Assembly (NCBI GenBank): GCA_002633005.1
Contig: NMRA01000102.1
Span: forward strand, 874,924-938,923
Reading direction: 5' to 3'
Length of the DNA stretch: 64,000 nucleotides
Origin: Phoronis australis
Lineage: Eukaryota > Animalia > Phoronida
In this document: in pieces, positions 52,160-64,000 of the stretch
Numbering within the stretch: position 1 is the stretch's first letter
Layout: each line of letters opens with the position of its first letter
The notes under the pieces: model-generated
What the model was told of the DNA's origin: nothing
Seen by the model: only the letters and a program-made list of their open reading frames with translations
Databases searched by the model: none
Translations under genes and position numbers: made by a program

Positions 52160-52712
52160 TCAAACATTACCGTTCTAAGGAGACATAGCATCTTTAAAAC
52201 CTAGGAGTCATGCTGCTGCCGGCTAGTGACGTGTAACACAACTCAACTCCTTGCAGCAACCAGTATTTGTTAACCACTGCGCAGCTCATTTCCCTCCCAT
52301 GTTTCACTTTCTACTGTTCCAATTAGTCAGCAATTACAACAACATCGACACACCACTTGATATCATCTTACATATTATGTAGCTGTAGCAATTCGAAATT
52401 CTTGTCTGTGTATTTGTAACCTTTTGATTCAAGAGGAAGGCTAAAGTAGTCAAGGTGTTCCATGTACACTATTTATAAAAGCAACTCACTGCTATCTGTG
52501 TTAAGAATGCCTCATAATAGTGGTCTCCCACAACTTCAATTTGACTGCCAAGATCGCGCCAACCTGCATCCGTGGGTGTGATATGTATGAAAGGGTACTC
52601 TGACATACAAAAGCTCGAGCTATTCTTAGCTGACTGGGATTTTTACAGCTACTAACGTCAACCGTATCTTGGTCCTAGCTATGAGTTCCCAGCCAATAAG
52701 CTGACGGGGANC

Positions 52713-52751
52713 ACACACACACATATGTATATATATATATATATATATATA
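52713..52751. repeat. (CA)n(TA)n microsatellite next to an N
   Basis: Directly visible. Confidence 0.9.
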
Positions 52752-53761
52752 CAGTGTGTTGGGGACAATGAGAAGCTGAGGACGCCTGTGAACCATCATA
52801 CCTTACTCAGAATTCGCCAAACAACAATTTTAAATAAACGAATCCCAACAATGAAAAATACCAATACCACACAAATCCCTGTGTCCGTATCCACCTAAAG
52901 CATAGCCTCAAAATGTAAACCTGTACTATAATGCTTTCACTCCTGACAACAAGCTGTAGAATCCCGTGCTTGAACAAAAATTAACTTCCACAGCACACAA
53001 TTCAGAGACGTCCACAATCGATCGATGGTTAACCCGGAGCGGCGCTAATTACAAATCACTGACACGCAACCGAGGCTCACTCGGTCATCNCCATAGTTGC
53101 TTGAAGCAGATTTTCCAATCGCGCAATACACTTGATGTTGTGACGCAGAGTTTCCTTACCCTGTTATTATTGATACCCATAATCGCCGCTGGGTGTCAGG
53201 CATCCAGATGACGTAACGTACTAAGCTGAACCTGTTGGTGATCAGTCGGCAAAAAATCTAACTTCAAAGTCAATTAATTAACAATTGAGAGAAGGTATGA
53301 CAAAACTAACGTTATAGAATAATTTCTGTACGTTTTGTAAACACGTGGATGCTAAAATCAGGATTTTTGGTTTAAAATTAAAGAAGTTATAGTGGTTTGG
53401 GTTCGCTACACCCGACAACAGCCACGTATGCTATGCCTCGCATTTCTTAGAAAAGTTTGATTAATACCTCAGAGTTCTCACACCACCTGAATATACAGGT
53501 GAAATGGACATATATTACGAAAACCAACTTTATGCATTCGACAAGCGAAGGGTAAAACCATACGTTCGCGTTGAAATTGGGTTTGTTTTCCGACACCTCG
53601 GCGAAATGGCGGGAAATCGTGCTCCCCCCGTCAACGTTTCTACTTTTGACTAGTCAGAAATCAGTCCTATACTTCCGTATGTGGGCCTCTATTAGCAATT
53701 TTTCCGAAAGGTGGCCTTCAATTCAAGAAAATTGGAATGGGCTACTTCATAGGTGGATTAA

Positions 53762-55362
53762 AGGAGAATGCCACCCGATTTCATTAGTCTTTTTGCCGTC
53801 TTAATCGGTTTATATCCACATCGCCTCGCATACGGTCGACCTTACCTTGCCAAGAGATGTCGCGTTAACCTGTGAGGAAGGTGAGAAACGACGCTAGCGA
53901 CGTCAGTGGTTCATATGCAGAGTGAATGCTGCTATGGTGCGGTGCATCGTTCCCGCTTGTCCGAACTAAGCAGCTGCGAGGAAAGCGGGTATATCGTTTT
54001 TTTTTTTACTTTTTCGAGAGTCCGAAATGCTTAGGAAGTGGCTCATGGTAGTGAAGAATTAAATGTACGCTGTAAATAGCAAGTTTAAGGCCGTGAAACA
54101 TCTCCGAGTCTGTGGCCTGCAGACGTCGACAGTGCCTACTAACGAATGTCGGCTTACCAAATAACTCCATACGTTCCGTTGTCTGAGCTTGTTCACGGCG
54201 CCTCTCTAGTATTTCTTCATCACTGTATTCCTGTTCGAATATTGATAGCCAGTAAAAGTTAATGATCCGCCTGCGATGTCGGGACTGATGAGCTCTAACT
54301 CGTCCTAAGACGGGATTATGAGTTGCCATGTTGGCGTTTATTACTGAGCGTCCTGTACATGTGTCAAAATGAATTATTCTCACCCTAACCAATACTTATA
54401 TAAAACTGAAACAAAGCCTGTCTCATTAGATGCAATTTGGCATGCCTTTGGAGTGTTCGTGAGTGCAAATGATTTGAGAAGAATAAATCACTGCGTTACC
54501 GGCTTTAGGGACAACGAGGCCGTGTGAGCTCAGGCTAATTTAGTGTTTGCTGGCAGAAACTGTTGTAAAACAACTCGATTTCCATCCCTCGGCAGGTGTT
54601 AGGGGAATCTTTATTTACATTTACATTACTCAAATAATGATTGTTAATGTACAACTTCTGCCCTGACGGTGCTGTGGCCAAAGCGGAACCTGAATTCGTG
54701 GCCCCCGACGAGTAAGTAGATTTGCAGTTTCGTGGCAAATTCACCAACACAATCAGGTGCACATTACTTTGGCTCTCTACTATAGTATTTTCTTGACTGG
54801 AAGTTTCGTTTCCACTGAACTTTGGCTGGTTGATGTTCGTGATGTCTGATCAGTTTCCGAGCCACTGGCCAGGATAACAAGCGTTTTGTGTTTAGAACTC
54901 AAAAAGTCAGAAGTCTAAACAACACAGATCTAGGTTCTCCTATCTGTATCTCACGGAAAATACTTTGAAATTATCTCCGAACAGACCCCAGACTCCTGCT
55001 ACGGACCTTATTGGCCTGCCGAACTTTGTAGGCAACGGTGTGTCCAAATACCAATAAATCCGTAAGAGCGAAATAAAACAACACATTTTTATAAAAACTC
55101 GGTGTACTTTTAAGGGTTTTACATCGATGTTTGATGATTTATTGGTGTTAGACGATGACTTCAAGCGACAAGCTGACACCAGTAACCGTGTTGTGAACTG
55201 CTGAAAAAGACTGCGTGTGAAACCGATGACGTCATTGGATAATTTCAACACCGTCTCCCGTCAGGTGTCAGGTAACGCAACCGTACGTACGTGTCGTTAT
55301 GGAGTAGGACTACTCGATCTAATTAGATACAAATTAGGTTGTTTTTTGGGTGGCATGCTCCT
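53762..55362. mobile_element. Non-autonomous Kolobok-type element, copy 2, inserted in a tandem-array unit
   Basis: TTAA|AGGAGAATGCCACCC ... GGGTGGCATGCTCCT|TTAA; empty site ggaTTAAagcacataacc present in other units (e.g. ~57219-57236). Confidence 0.9.
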
Positions 55363-56132
55363 TTAAAGCATATAACCATCCTCCTCGAGCTTGTATGTAG
55401 CGTACTTACGAATAGGTAGGCGTAATGTATTCATCGTCAACCTACAATTTACGGAACGTCGTACGGGAACTGAAGGACTTTAGTAAAAGAGTATCGGAAT
55501 CACCATGGCACAAAATTAATGCACTTACGTACCACATTCAGGCCCAATTTACTGAGATTCTGTCCTCAGTCACCAAAAACCACCCATTTTCGTTGCCGGG
55601 GCCGCGCCTATCTGGGCGGCGGGAGCTGTTTTTTCGACGAAATTTTGTCAATCAATACTGATTTTTCAATCGGCTGCGTTGTACAATGAGCACTATTGAC
55701 TTCATTGATTCAAACCAGTTAGGTGAACGAGATTGAAACCGACTAATCCACGTACCATGGCCTGTAGGGGGTGACAGCAAGTACAACGGGGACGGCTTGT
55801 AATATCCAAACGTCGTTGAATTTTGAAAAATCATGACATTAACCAAAATGTTCTCACGGTAGCTACCTTACTTACTGTTTTCGCTGAATGATGTATACGA
55901 ACGGTGTTCGTTACTTGGTGCGTTGGAACGACACTGGCTCCCAACCTGGCGTAATTGCCGTCCACATATACAGGCTTACCCAAGTCGCATTTACGCGGGA
56001 CACAGCTAGTTGTCAGGAGCAACTAACGCCCCGTTTATATGACGGTATTTACACCGGAGTGTACTTCGTACAGCGTGTATTTTTGCCATGCACAATTACA
56101 CGCGGGTATGAAGCTACACTCACGCGCATAGG

Positions 56133-56290
56133 CAGTGGCGGATTTAAAGGGGGACCAAGGGGGCCATGGCCCCCACTAAAACTCTCCCAGATACCATTTG
56201 GCATTATGGGGGTGCGAATGTCTGAGGGCAAAATCCTGACTAATAATCTTCCCTGGCAACCCCTAACTAAATATCCTGGATCCGCCCATG
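56133..56290. mobile_element. CAGTGGCGGA-type MITE embedded in each array unit
   Basis: CAGTGGCGGATTTA...CCTGGATCCGCCCATG flanked by ATAGG; recurs at ~57993, 59708, 62376. Confidence 0.6.
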
Positions 56291-59200
56291 ATAGGTACAC
56301 TAGTGGGTGGCCCAGCAATGAAAAAGTGGAGGGCTATAGCGGGCCCCTAGCCTCCCTGTGACGGACCGCTTATAGAGCGAGGATGCTCTAACCCCCCTCC
56401 CTCATAGTTGCATGAAGCAGATTTTCCAATCGCGCAATACACTTAATATTGCGACGCAGAGTGTCCTTACCCTGTTATTATGGATACCCATGATCGCGGC
56501 TGGGTGTCAGGCATCCAGATGACGTCACGTGCTAAACTGGTTACCGGTTGGTGATAAGTCGGCAAAAAATCTAACTTCAAAGTCAATTAATTAACAATTG
56601 AGAGAAGGTATGACAAAAGNACACTGTTATTATGGATACCAATGATCGCGGCTGGGTGTCAGGCATCCAGATGACGTCACGTGCTAAACTGGTAACAGGT
56701 TGGTGATAAGTCGGCAAAAAATCTAATTTCAAAGTCAATTAATTAACAATTGAGAGAAGGTATGACAAAAGTAACATTACAGAATAATTTCTGTACGTAT
56801 TGTAAACACGTGGATGCTAAAATCAGGATTTTTGGTTTAAAATTAAAGAAGTTATAGTGGTTTGGGTTCGCTACACCTGACAACAGCCACGTATGCTATG
56901 CCTGGCATTTCTTAGAAAAGTTTGATTAATACCTCAGAGTTCTTACACCACCCGGATATGCAGGTGAAATGGACATGTATCACAAAAACCTACTTCACGC
57001 ATTCGACAAGCGAAGGCTAAAACCATACGTTCGCGTTGAAATTGGGTTTATTTTCCCACACCTCGGTGAAATGGCGGGAAATCGTGCTCCCCCGTCAACG
57101 TTTCTACCTTCGACAAGTCAGAAATCAGTGCTATACTTCCGTATGTGGGCCTCTACTAGCAATTTTTCCGAAAGGTGGCCTTCAATTCAAGAAAATTGGA
57201 ATGGGCTACTTCATAGTTGGATTAAAGCACATAACCATCCTCCTTCTCGAGCTTGTCTAGCGTACTTACGAAGAGGTAGGCCTGATGTATTTATCGTCAA
57301 TCTACAATTTACGGAACGTCGTACGGGAAATGAAGCACTTTAGTAAAACAGTATCGGGATCACCATGGCACAAAATTAATGCACTTACGTACCAAATCCA
57401 GGCCCAATTTACTGAGATTCTGTCCTCAGTCACCAAAAACCAACCATTTTCGTTGCCGGGGCCGCGCCTATCTGGGCGGCGGGAGCTGTTTTTTCGACAA
57501 CATTTTGTCAATCAATACTGATTTTTCAATCGTCTGCGTTGTACAATGAGCACTATTGACTTCATTGATTCAAACCAATTAGGTGAACGAGATTGAAACC
57601 GACTAATCCACGTACCATGGCCTGTAGGGGGTGACAGCAAGTACAAAGGGGACGGCTTGTAATATCCAAACGTCGTTGAATTTTGAAAAATCATGACATT
57701 AACCAAAATGTTCCCACGGTAGCTACCTTACTTACTGTTTCCGCTGAATGATGTATACGAACGGCGTTCGTTACTTGGTGCGTTGGAACGACACTGGCTC
57801 CCAACCTGGCGTAATTGCCGTCCACATATACAGGCTTACCCAAGTCGCATTTACGCGGGACACAGCTAGTTGTCAGGAGCAACTAACGCCCCGTTTATAT
57901 GACGGTATTTACACCGGAGTGTACTTCGTACAGCGTGTATTTTTGCCATGCACAATTACACGCGGGTATGAAGCTACACTCACGCGCATAGGCAGTGGCG
58001 GATTTAAAGGGGGACCAAGGGGGCCATGGCCCCCACTAAAACTCCCAGATTCCATTTGGCATTATGGGGGTGCGAATGTCTGAGGGCAAAATCATGGCTA
58101 ATACTCTTCCCTGGCAACCCCTAACTAAAAATCCTGGATCCGCCCATGATAGGTACACCAGTGGGTGGCCAGGCAATGAAAAAGTGAAGGGCTATAGCGG
58201 GCCCCCAGCTTCCTTGTGACGGACCGCTTATAGAGCGAGGATGCTCTAAACCCAGTCCCCCCATAGTTGCATAAAGCAGATTTTCCAATGTCGCAATACA
58301 CTTGATGTTGTGACGCAGAGTGCCCTTACCCTGTTATTATGGATACCCATGATCGCCGCTGGGTGTCAGCCATCCAGATGACGTCACGTGCTAAACTGGT
58401 AACCGGTTGGTGATAAGTCGGCAAAAACTCTAACTTCAAAGTCAATTAATTAACAATTGAGAGAAGGTGTGACAAAAGTAACATTACAGAATAATTTCTG
58501 TACGTATTGTAAACACGTGGATGCTAAAATCAGGATTTTTGGTTTAAAATTAAAGAAGTTATAGTTGTTTGGGTTCGCTACACCTGACAACAGCCACGTA
58601 TGCTATGCCTGGCATTTCTTAAAAAAATGATTAATACCTCAGAGTTCTTACACCACCAGGATATCCAGGTGAAATGGACATGTATCACAAAAACCTACTT
58701 CACGCATTCAACAAGCGAAGGCTAAAACCATACGTTCGCGTTGAAATTGGGTTTGTTTTCCGACACCTGGGTGAAATGGCGGGAAATCGTGCTCGCCCCG
58801 TCAACGTTTCTACCTTCGACAAGTCAGAAATCAGTGCTATTCTTCCGAAAGTGGGCCCGTACTAGCAATTTTTCCGAAAGGTGGCCTTCAATTCAAGAAA
58901 ATTGGAATGGGCTACTTCATAGCTGGATTAAAGCACATAACCATCCTCCTTCTCGAGCTTGTCTAGCGTACTTACGAAGAGGTAGGCCTGATGTATTTAT
59001 CGTCAATCTACAATTTACGGAACTTCGTACGGGAAATGAAGCACTTTAGTAAAACGGTATCGGGATCACCATGGCACAAAGTTAATGCACTTACGTACCA
59101 AATCCAGGCCCAATTTACTGAGATTCTGTCCTCAGTCACCAAAAACCAACCATTTTCGTTGCCGGGGCCGCGCCTATCTGGGCGGCGGGAGCTGTTTTTT

Positions 59201-62200
59201 CGACGAAATTTTGTCAATCAATACTGATTTTTCAATCGGCTGCGTTGTACAATGAGCACTATTGACTTCATTGATTCAAACCAATTAGGTGAACGAGATT
59301 GAAACCGACTAATCCACGTACCATGGCCCAGTGTAGGGGGTGACAGCAAGTACAACGGGGACGGCTTGTAATATCCAAACGTCGTTGAATTTTGAAAAAT
59401 CATGACATTAACCAAAATGTTCCCACGGTAGCTACCTTACTTACTGTTTTCGCTGAATGATGTATACGAACGGTGTTCGTTACTTGGTGCGTTGGAACGA
59501 CACTGGCTCCCAACCTGGCGTAATTGCCGTCCACATACATGTATATAGGCTTACCCAAGTCGCATGTACGCGGGAGACAGCTAGTTGTCAGGAGCAACTA
59601 ACGCCCCGTTTATATGACGGTATTTACACCGGAGTGTACTTCATACAGCGTGTATTTTTGCCATGCACAATTACACGCGGGTATAAAGCTACACTCACGC
59701 GCATAGGCAGTGGCGGATTTAAAGGGGGACCAAGGGGGCCATGGCCCCCACTAAAACTCCCAGATTCCATTTGGCATTATGGGGGTGCGAATGTCTGAGG
59801 GCAAAATCCTGGCTAATAATCTTCCCTGGCAACCCCTAAGTAAAAATCCTGGATCCGCCCATGATAGGTACACTAGTGGGTGGCCCAGCAGTGAAAAAGT
59901 GGAGGGCTATAGCGGGCCCCCAGCCTCCCTGTGACGGACCGCTTATAGAGCGAGGATGCTTTAACCCCCATCCCCCCATAGTTGCATGAAGCAGATTTTC
60001 CAATCGCGCAATACACTTAATATTGCGACGCAGAGGGTCCATACACTGTTATTATGGATACCAATGATCGCGGCTGGGTGTCAGGCATCCAGATGACGTC
60101 ACGTGCTAAACTGGTAACAGGTTGGTGATAAGTCGGCAAAAAATCTAATTTCAAAGTCAATTAATTAACAATTGAGAGAAGGTATGACAAAAGTAACATT
60201 ACAGAATAATTTCTGTACGTATTGTAAACACGTGGATGCTAAAATCAGGATTTTTGGTTTAAAATTAAAGAAGTTATAGTGGTTTGGGTTCGCTACACCT
60301 GACAACAGCCACGTATGCTATGCCTGGCATTTCTTAGAAAAGTTTGATTAATACCTCAGAGTTCTTACACCACCCGGATATGCAGGTGAAATGGACATGT
60401 ATCACAAAAACCTACTTCACGCATTCGACAAGCGAAGGCTAAAACCATACGTTCGCGTTGAAATTGGGTTTATTTTCCCACACCTCGGTGAAATGGCGGG
60501 AAATCGTGCTCCCCCGTCAACGTTTCTACCTTCGACAAGTCAGAAATCAGTGCTATACTTCCGTATGTGGGCCTCTACTAGCAATTTTTCCGAAAGGTGG
60601 CCTTCAATTCAAGAAAATTGGAATGGGCTACTTCATAGCTGGATTAAAGCACATAACCATCCTCCTTCTCGAGCTTGTCTAGCGTACTTACGAAGAGGTA
60701 GGCCTGATGTATTTATCGTCAATCTACAATTTACGGAACGTCGTACGGGAAATGAAGCACTTTAGTAAAACAGTATCGGGATCACCATGGCACAAAATTA
60801 ATGCACTTACGTACCAAATCCAGGCCCAATTTACTGAGATTCTGTCCTCAGTCACCAAAAACCAACCATTTTCGTTGCCGGGGCCGCGCCTATCTGGGCG
60901 GCGGGAGCTGTTTTTTCGACAACATTTTGTCAATCAATACTGATTTTTCAATCGTCTGCGTTGTACAATGAGCACTATTGACTTCATTGATTCAAACCAA
61001 TTAGGTGAACGAGATTGAAACCGACTAATCCACGTACCATGGCCTGTAGGGGGTGACAGCAAGTACAACGGGGACGGCTTGTAATATCCAAACGTCGTTG
61101 AATTTTGAAAAATCATGACATTAACCAAAATGTTCCCACGGTAGCTACCTTACTTACTGTTTCCGCTGAATGATGTATACGAACGGCGTTCGTTACTTGG
61201 TGCGTTGGAACGACACTGGCTCCCAACCTGGCGTAATTGCCGTCCACATATACAGGCTTACCCAAGTCGCATTTACGCGGGACACAATTTTCGTTGCCGG
61301 GGCCGCGAATATCTGGGCGGCGGGGGCTGTGTTTTCGACGAAATTTTGTCAATCAATGCAGATTGTTCAATCGACTGCGTGGTACAATGAGCAGTATTTA
61401 CTTCATTGATTGAAACCAATTAGCTGAACAAGATTCAAACCGACTAATCCACCATGGCCCATAGGGTGTGACAGCAACTACAACGGGGACGGCTTCTAAT
61501 ATATAAACGCCGTATGCAATATGAAAAATCATGACACTATCCAAAATGTTCCCACTGTAGCTACCTTAATTACTATTTTCGCTGAATGATGTATACGAAC
61601 GGCGTTCGTTACCTGGTGCGTAGGAACCAAACTGGCTCCCAACCTGGCGTCATTGCCGTCCACATAGGCTTACCCAAGCCGCATTTACGCCATGTCGGCG
61701 ACATCCCGTTGCTCCAACTTGTTCGATTCTATAGCCCAACAACAAGTTGGGAAGTTTACCCCCGCAGCCAATATATTAAACGACTGATTAAAACATTTAT
61801 GGTTGGAGGGCCTGCGCTCTTTTGTCCGATAATTGCTCTAATCTCCGATCAGATTGAATCTAGCCTGACTGGGCTGGACTGATAAAAATTAAAGTTAAGT
61901 TGTAACATATTTGAGCTTAAACCAATGGCATTTCTGAATTCCTCGTCAAATGATGATCATGTTCCGTTTTTGAATCACCAAAATCGCCGAACTGCAACAG
62001 AAGTTAAGACAATCTATTCTGTACAAACGGATTACCAACGCACTGTGTTTGACTGTATTCATACGCGTTCGGTAACAGCCTGCAATTAACCACCATACGT
62101 TTCCATTGAAGCCTGGGAGATAATCGGCATGCTTGTTATCATACGGGATAAAAGACTGAGCTGGGCAGCTAACAAAAGAGCAAGACGTTATCGCACGCTC

Positions 62201-64000
62201 ACGTCTGGAAATGTTACTGAACGACAGAACGCTGTAATGCAGGAGACAGCCAGTTGTCAGGAGCAACTAACGCCCCGTTTATATGACGGTATTTACACCG
62301 GAATGTACTTGGTACAGCGTGTATTTTTGCCATGCACAATTACACCCGGGTATAAAGCTACACTCACGTGCATAGGCAGTAGCGGATTTAAGAAGGGGGC
62401 CAAGGGGGCCATGGCTCCCCACTAAAATTCTCCCAGATTCCATTTGTAATTATGGGGATGTGATTGTCTGACGGGCAAAATCCTGGCTAATACTCTTCCC
62501 TGGCACCCCGTAACTAAAAATCCTGGATCCGTCCATGATAGGTACACTAATGGGTGGCCCAGCAATGAAAAAGTGGAGGGCTATAGCGGCACCCAGCCTC
62601 CCTGTGGTGGACCGCTTATAGAGCGAGGAGGGTCTAACCCCCAGCGCAGCCCCCTATGGTGCGCTGCCCATGTTACAACACCACCAGAGCTCGTGCAAAT
62701 ATATAAACTGGCGCTTGTAAACGCGATTTAATTACGCACGATGGTAAAGCAAGATCACTACACTGGTGCTGTTGCTCCTGTTGTATGTAGCCTTGGCGCA
62801 AAGCTGTATACTAAATTGTAGATATACATACTAAGAGAACTACACAGATCCGGGGCATTTTTATATTTGAGACCTTTACTGTGGGGTTACAAAAAATTGT
62901 GGGGTATATATAATGCCCCACAATTTCAGACCTATCAGAAACTGTTATTTGGTATGCACAGTGTCTCCACGTGTATTCTCTCAACAACTTGGTTTCATAA
63001 GGACATCATATATATAACTCTGATCAGGCACTGTTAATGAGTGCCCTGCTCCAGACAGCCATATGTGACCTACAACGGTGCAGTGTTATGTAATGCCCAT
63101 TAACTTAGTTGACCTTCCACTGTAACAAGCCTCTGAGGTTTTGATTTTAGTGTTATAGAGTTTGAGTTGAGACAAGTTTTACTTCGTTTTATCTGAAATG
63201 AGTATGTTTGAGTAGAAGATGATACATTCAAGATCCAAGTCTATGGTAAGTCTTTCAAATTTCTTAATATTTTGATTATTTAAGTTATTGCAAATTCATG
63301 TAATAGACTGGCATAATCATGGCTAACATGTATTTGGCAGGGTCCTACAAACTATTTCTAATGCAGAAGATGCGGTCAAATACTCGCATCTGTTCCTCCT
63401 AAAAATATTTCAAAATCTAACCACCCCTTTATTATGAGCTGAAGAATCTCTTTTACTATAAAAATTCCAGAGAGTTGTAGATTTCTTTGCTTTGTATCGC
63501 TGAGAATAATTGCACTTCGTAAGATTTTCCTGATTCTCTGCGATATGGTACCTTTTCTAAGAGAACTCCTTACAAAAGGCCCTCTAAGATGGAATCCCAG
63601 TATCAAATGGATAAGCAATAACTATACATATAACAAATTTTAATAAGAAGCATTTACACTAAAGCATATCGTGAGGCATTGAGTCAAATCACTCATAAAA
63701 CTTTTGCAGTTTGGTTTGGTTCAATCGTAAATGTCAAGCACAAACTTTTCCTTAAAGAATATTTTACACTTCAAACAAGCGTGAAAAATTAGCGACCAAA
63801 TGTATAGATATGCTGTGATGTTTGGCCAGTTCTTTAAATGTGAGTATCTTCTTATTGAAGCATGAAACTAGTTCATGTTTTCACATTGATTCAATTTGAG
63901 GGGTCTAGTATCAACCTTAGATCCTTTTCAACCCTTAAATGAAGCCTTTGAAATCAGTGACTGAAAACCAAATCTCAAACTTGAAATGGGAAATTCCAGG

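Larger units (their letters stand above)
53091..62640 (+). repeat. Tandem array of ~1.7-kb units (4 near-complete plus rearranged partial units)
   Basis: catagttgca(t)gaagcagattttccaat recurs at ~53092, 56403, 58262, 59977 (58262 to 59977 = 1715 bp); the same short ORFs recur in each unit. Confidence 0.95.

Noticed and set aside
50528-55362. piggyBac assignment from TTAA TSDs
   Set aside because: Termini are AGG...CCT rather than CC(C/T)...(A/G)GG, and the KolX remnant points to Kolobok.
55425-61409. Repeated short ORFs in the tandem array as genes
   Set aside because: No recognisable domains; frames broken by indels or stops in different units.

Overview
AT-rich, intron-containing animal (invertebrate-like) genomic DNA, not prokaryotic, with a 608-nt N gap (19904-20511) and several single-N joins. 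The core is a minus-strand innate-immune cluster. It holds a CARD exon (39857-39557) that can splice in frame onto a ~1580-aa SAMD9-family exon (32280-27521) whose AlbA nuclease site looks degenerate and whose Walker A is lost at an assembly N. Downstream lie unassigned exon-like segments (~25.5-24.5 kb), a decayed Death-domain-like exon (~18.0-18.3 kb) and a spliced TIR + ZU5/UPA-like gene (~16.0-2.0 kb). The rest is mostly mobile DNA: an internally deleted Kolobok element (THAP transposase + KolX), two non-autonomous Kolobok copies, a decayed Gypsy, a 9-bp-TSD Academ-like insertion, several MITEs, a 7-kb foldback element with 76-bp subterminal repeats, local duplications next to Ns, and a ~1.7-kb-unit tandem array (53-62.6 kb). 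Domain calls are by-eye motif recognition; no searches were run.
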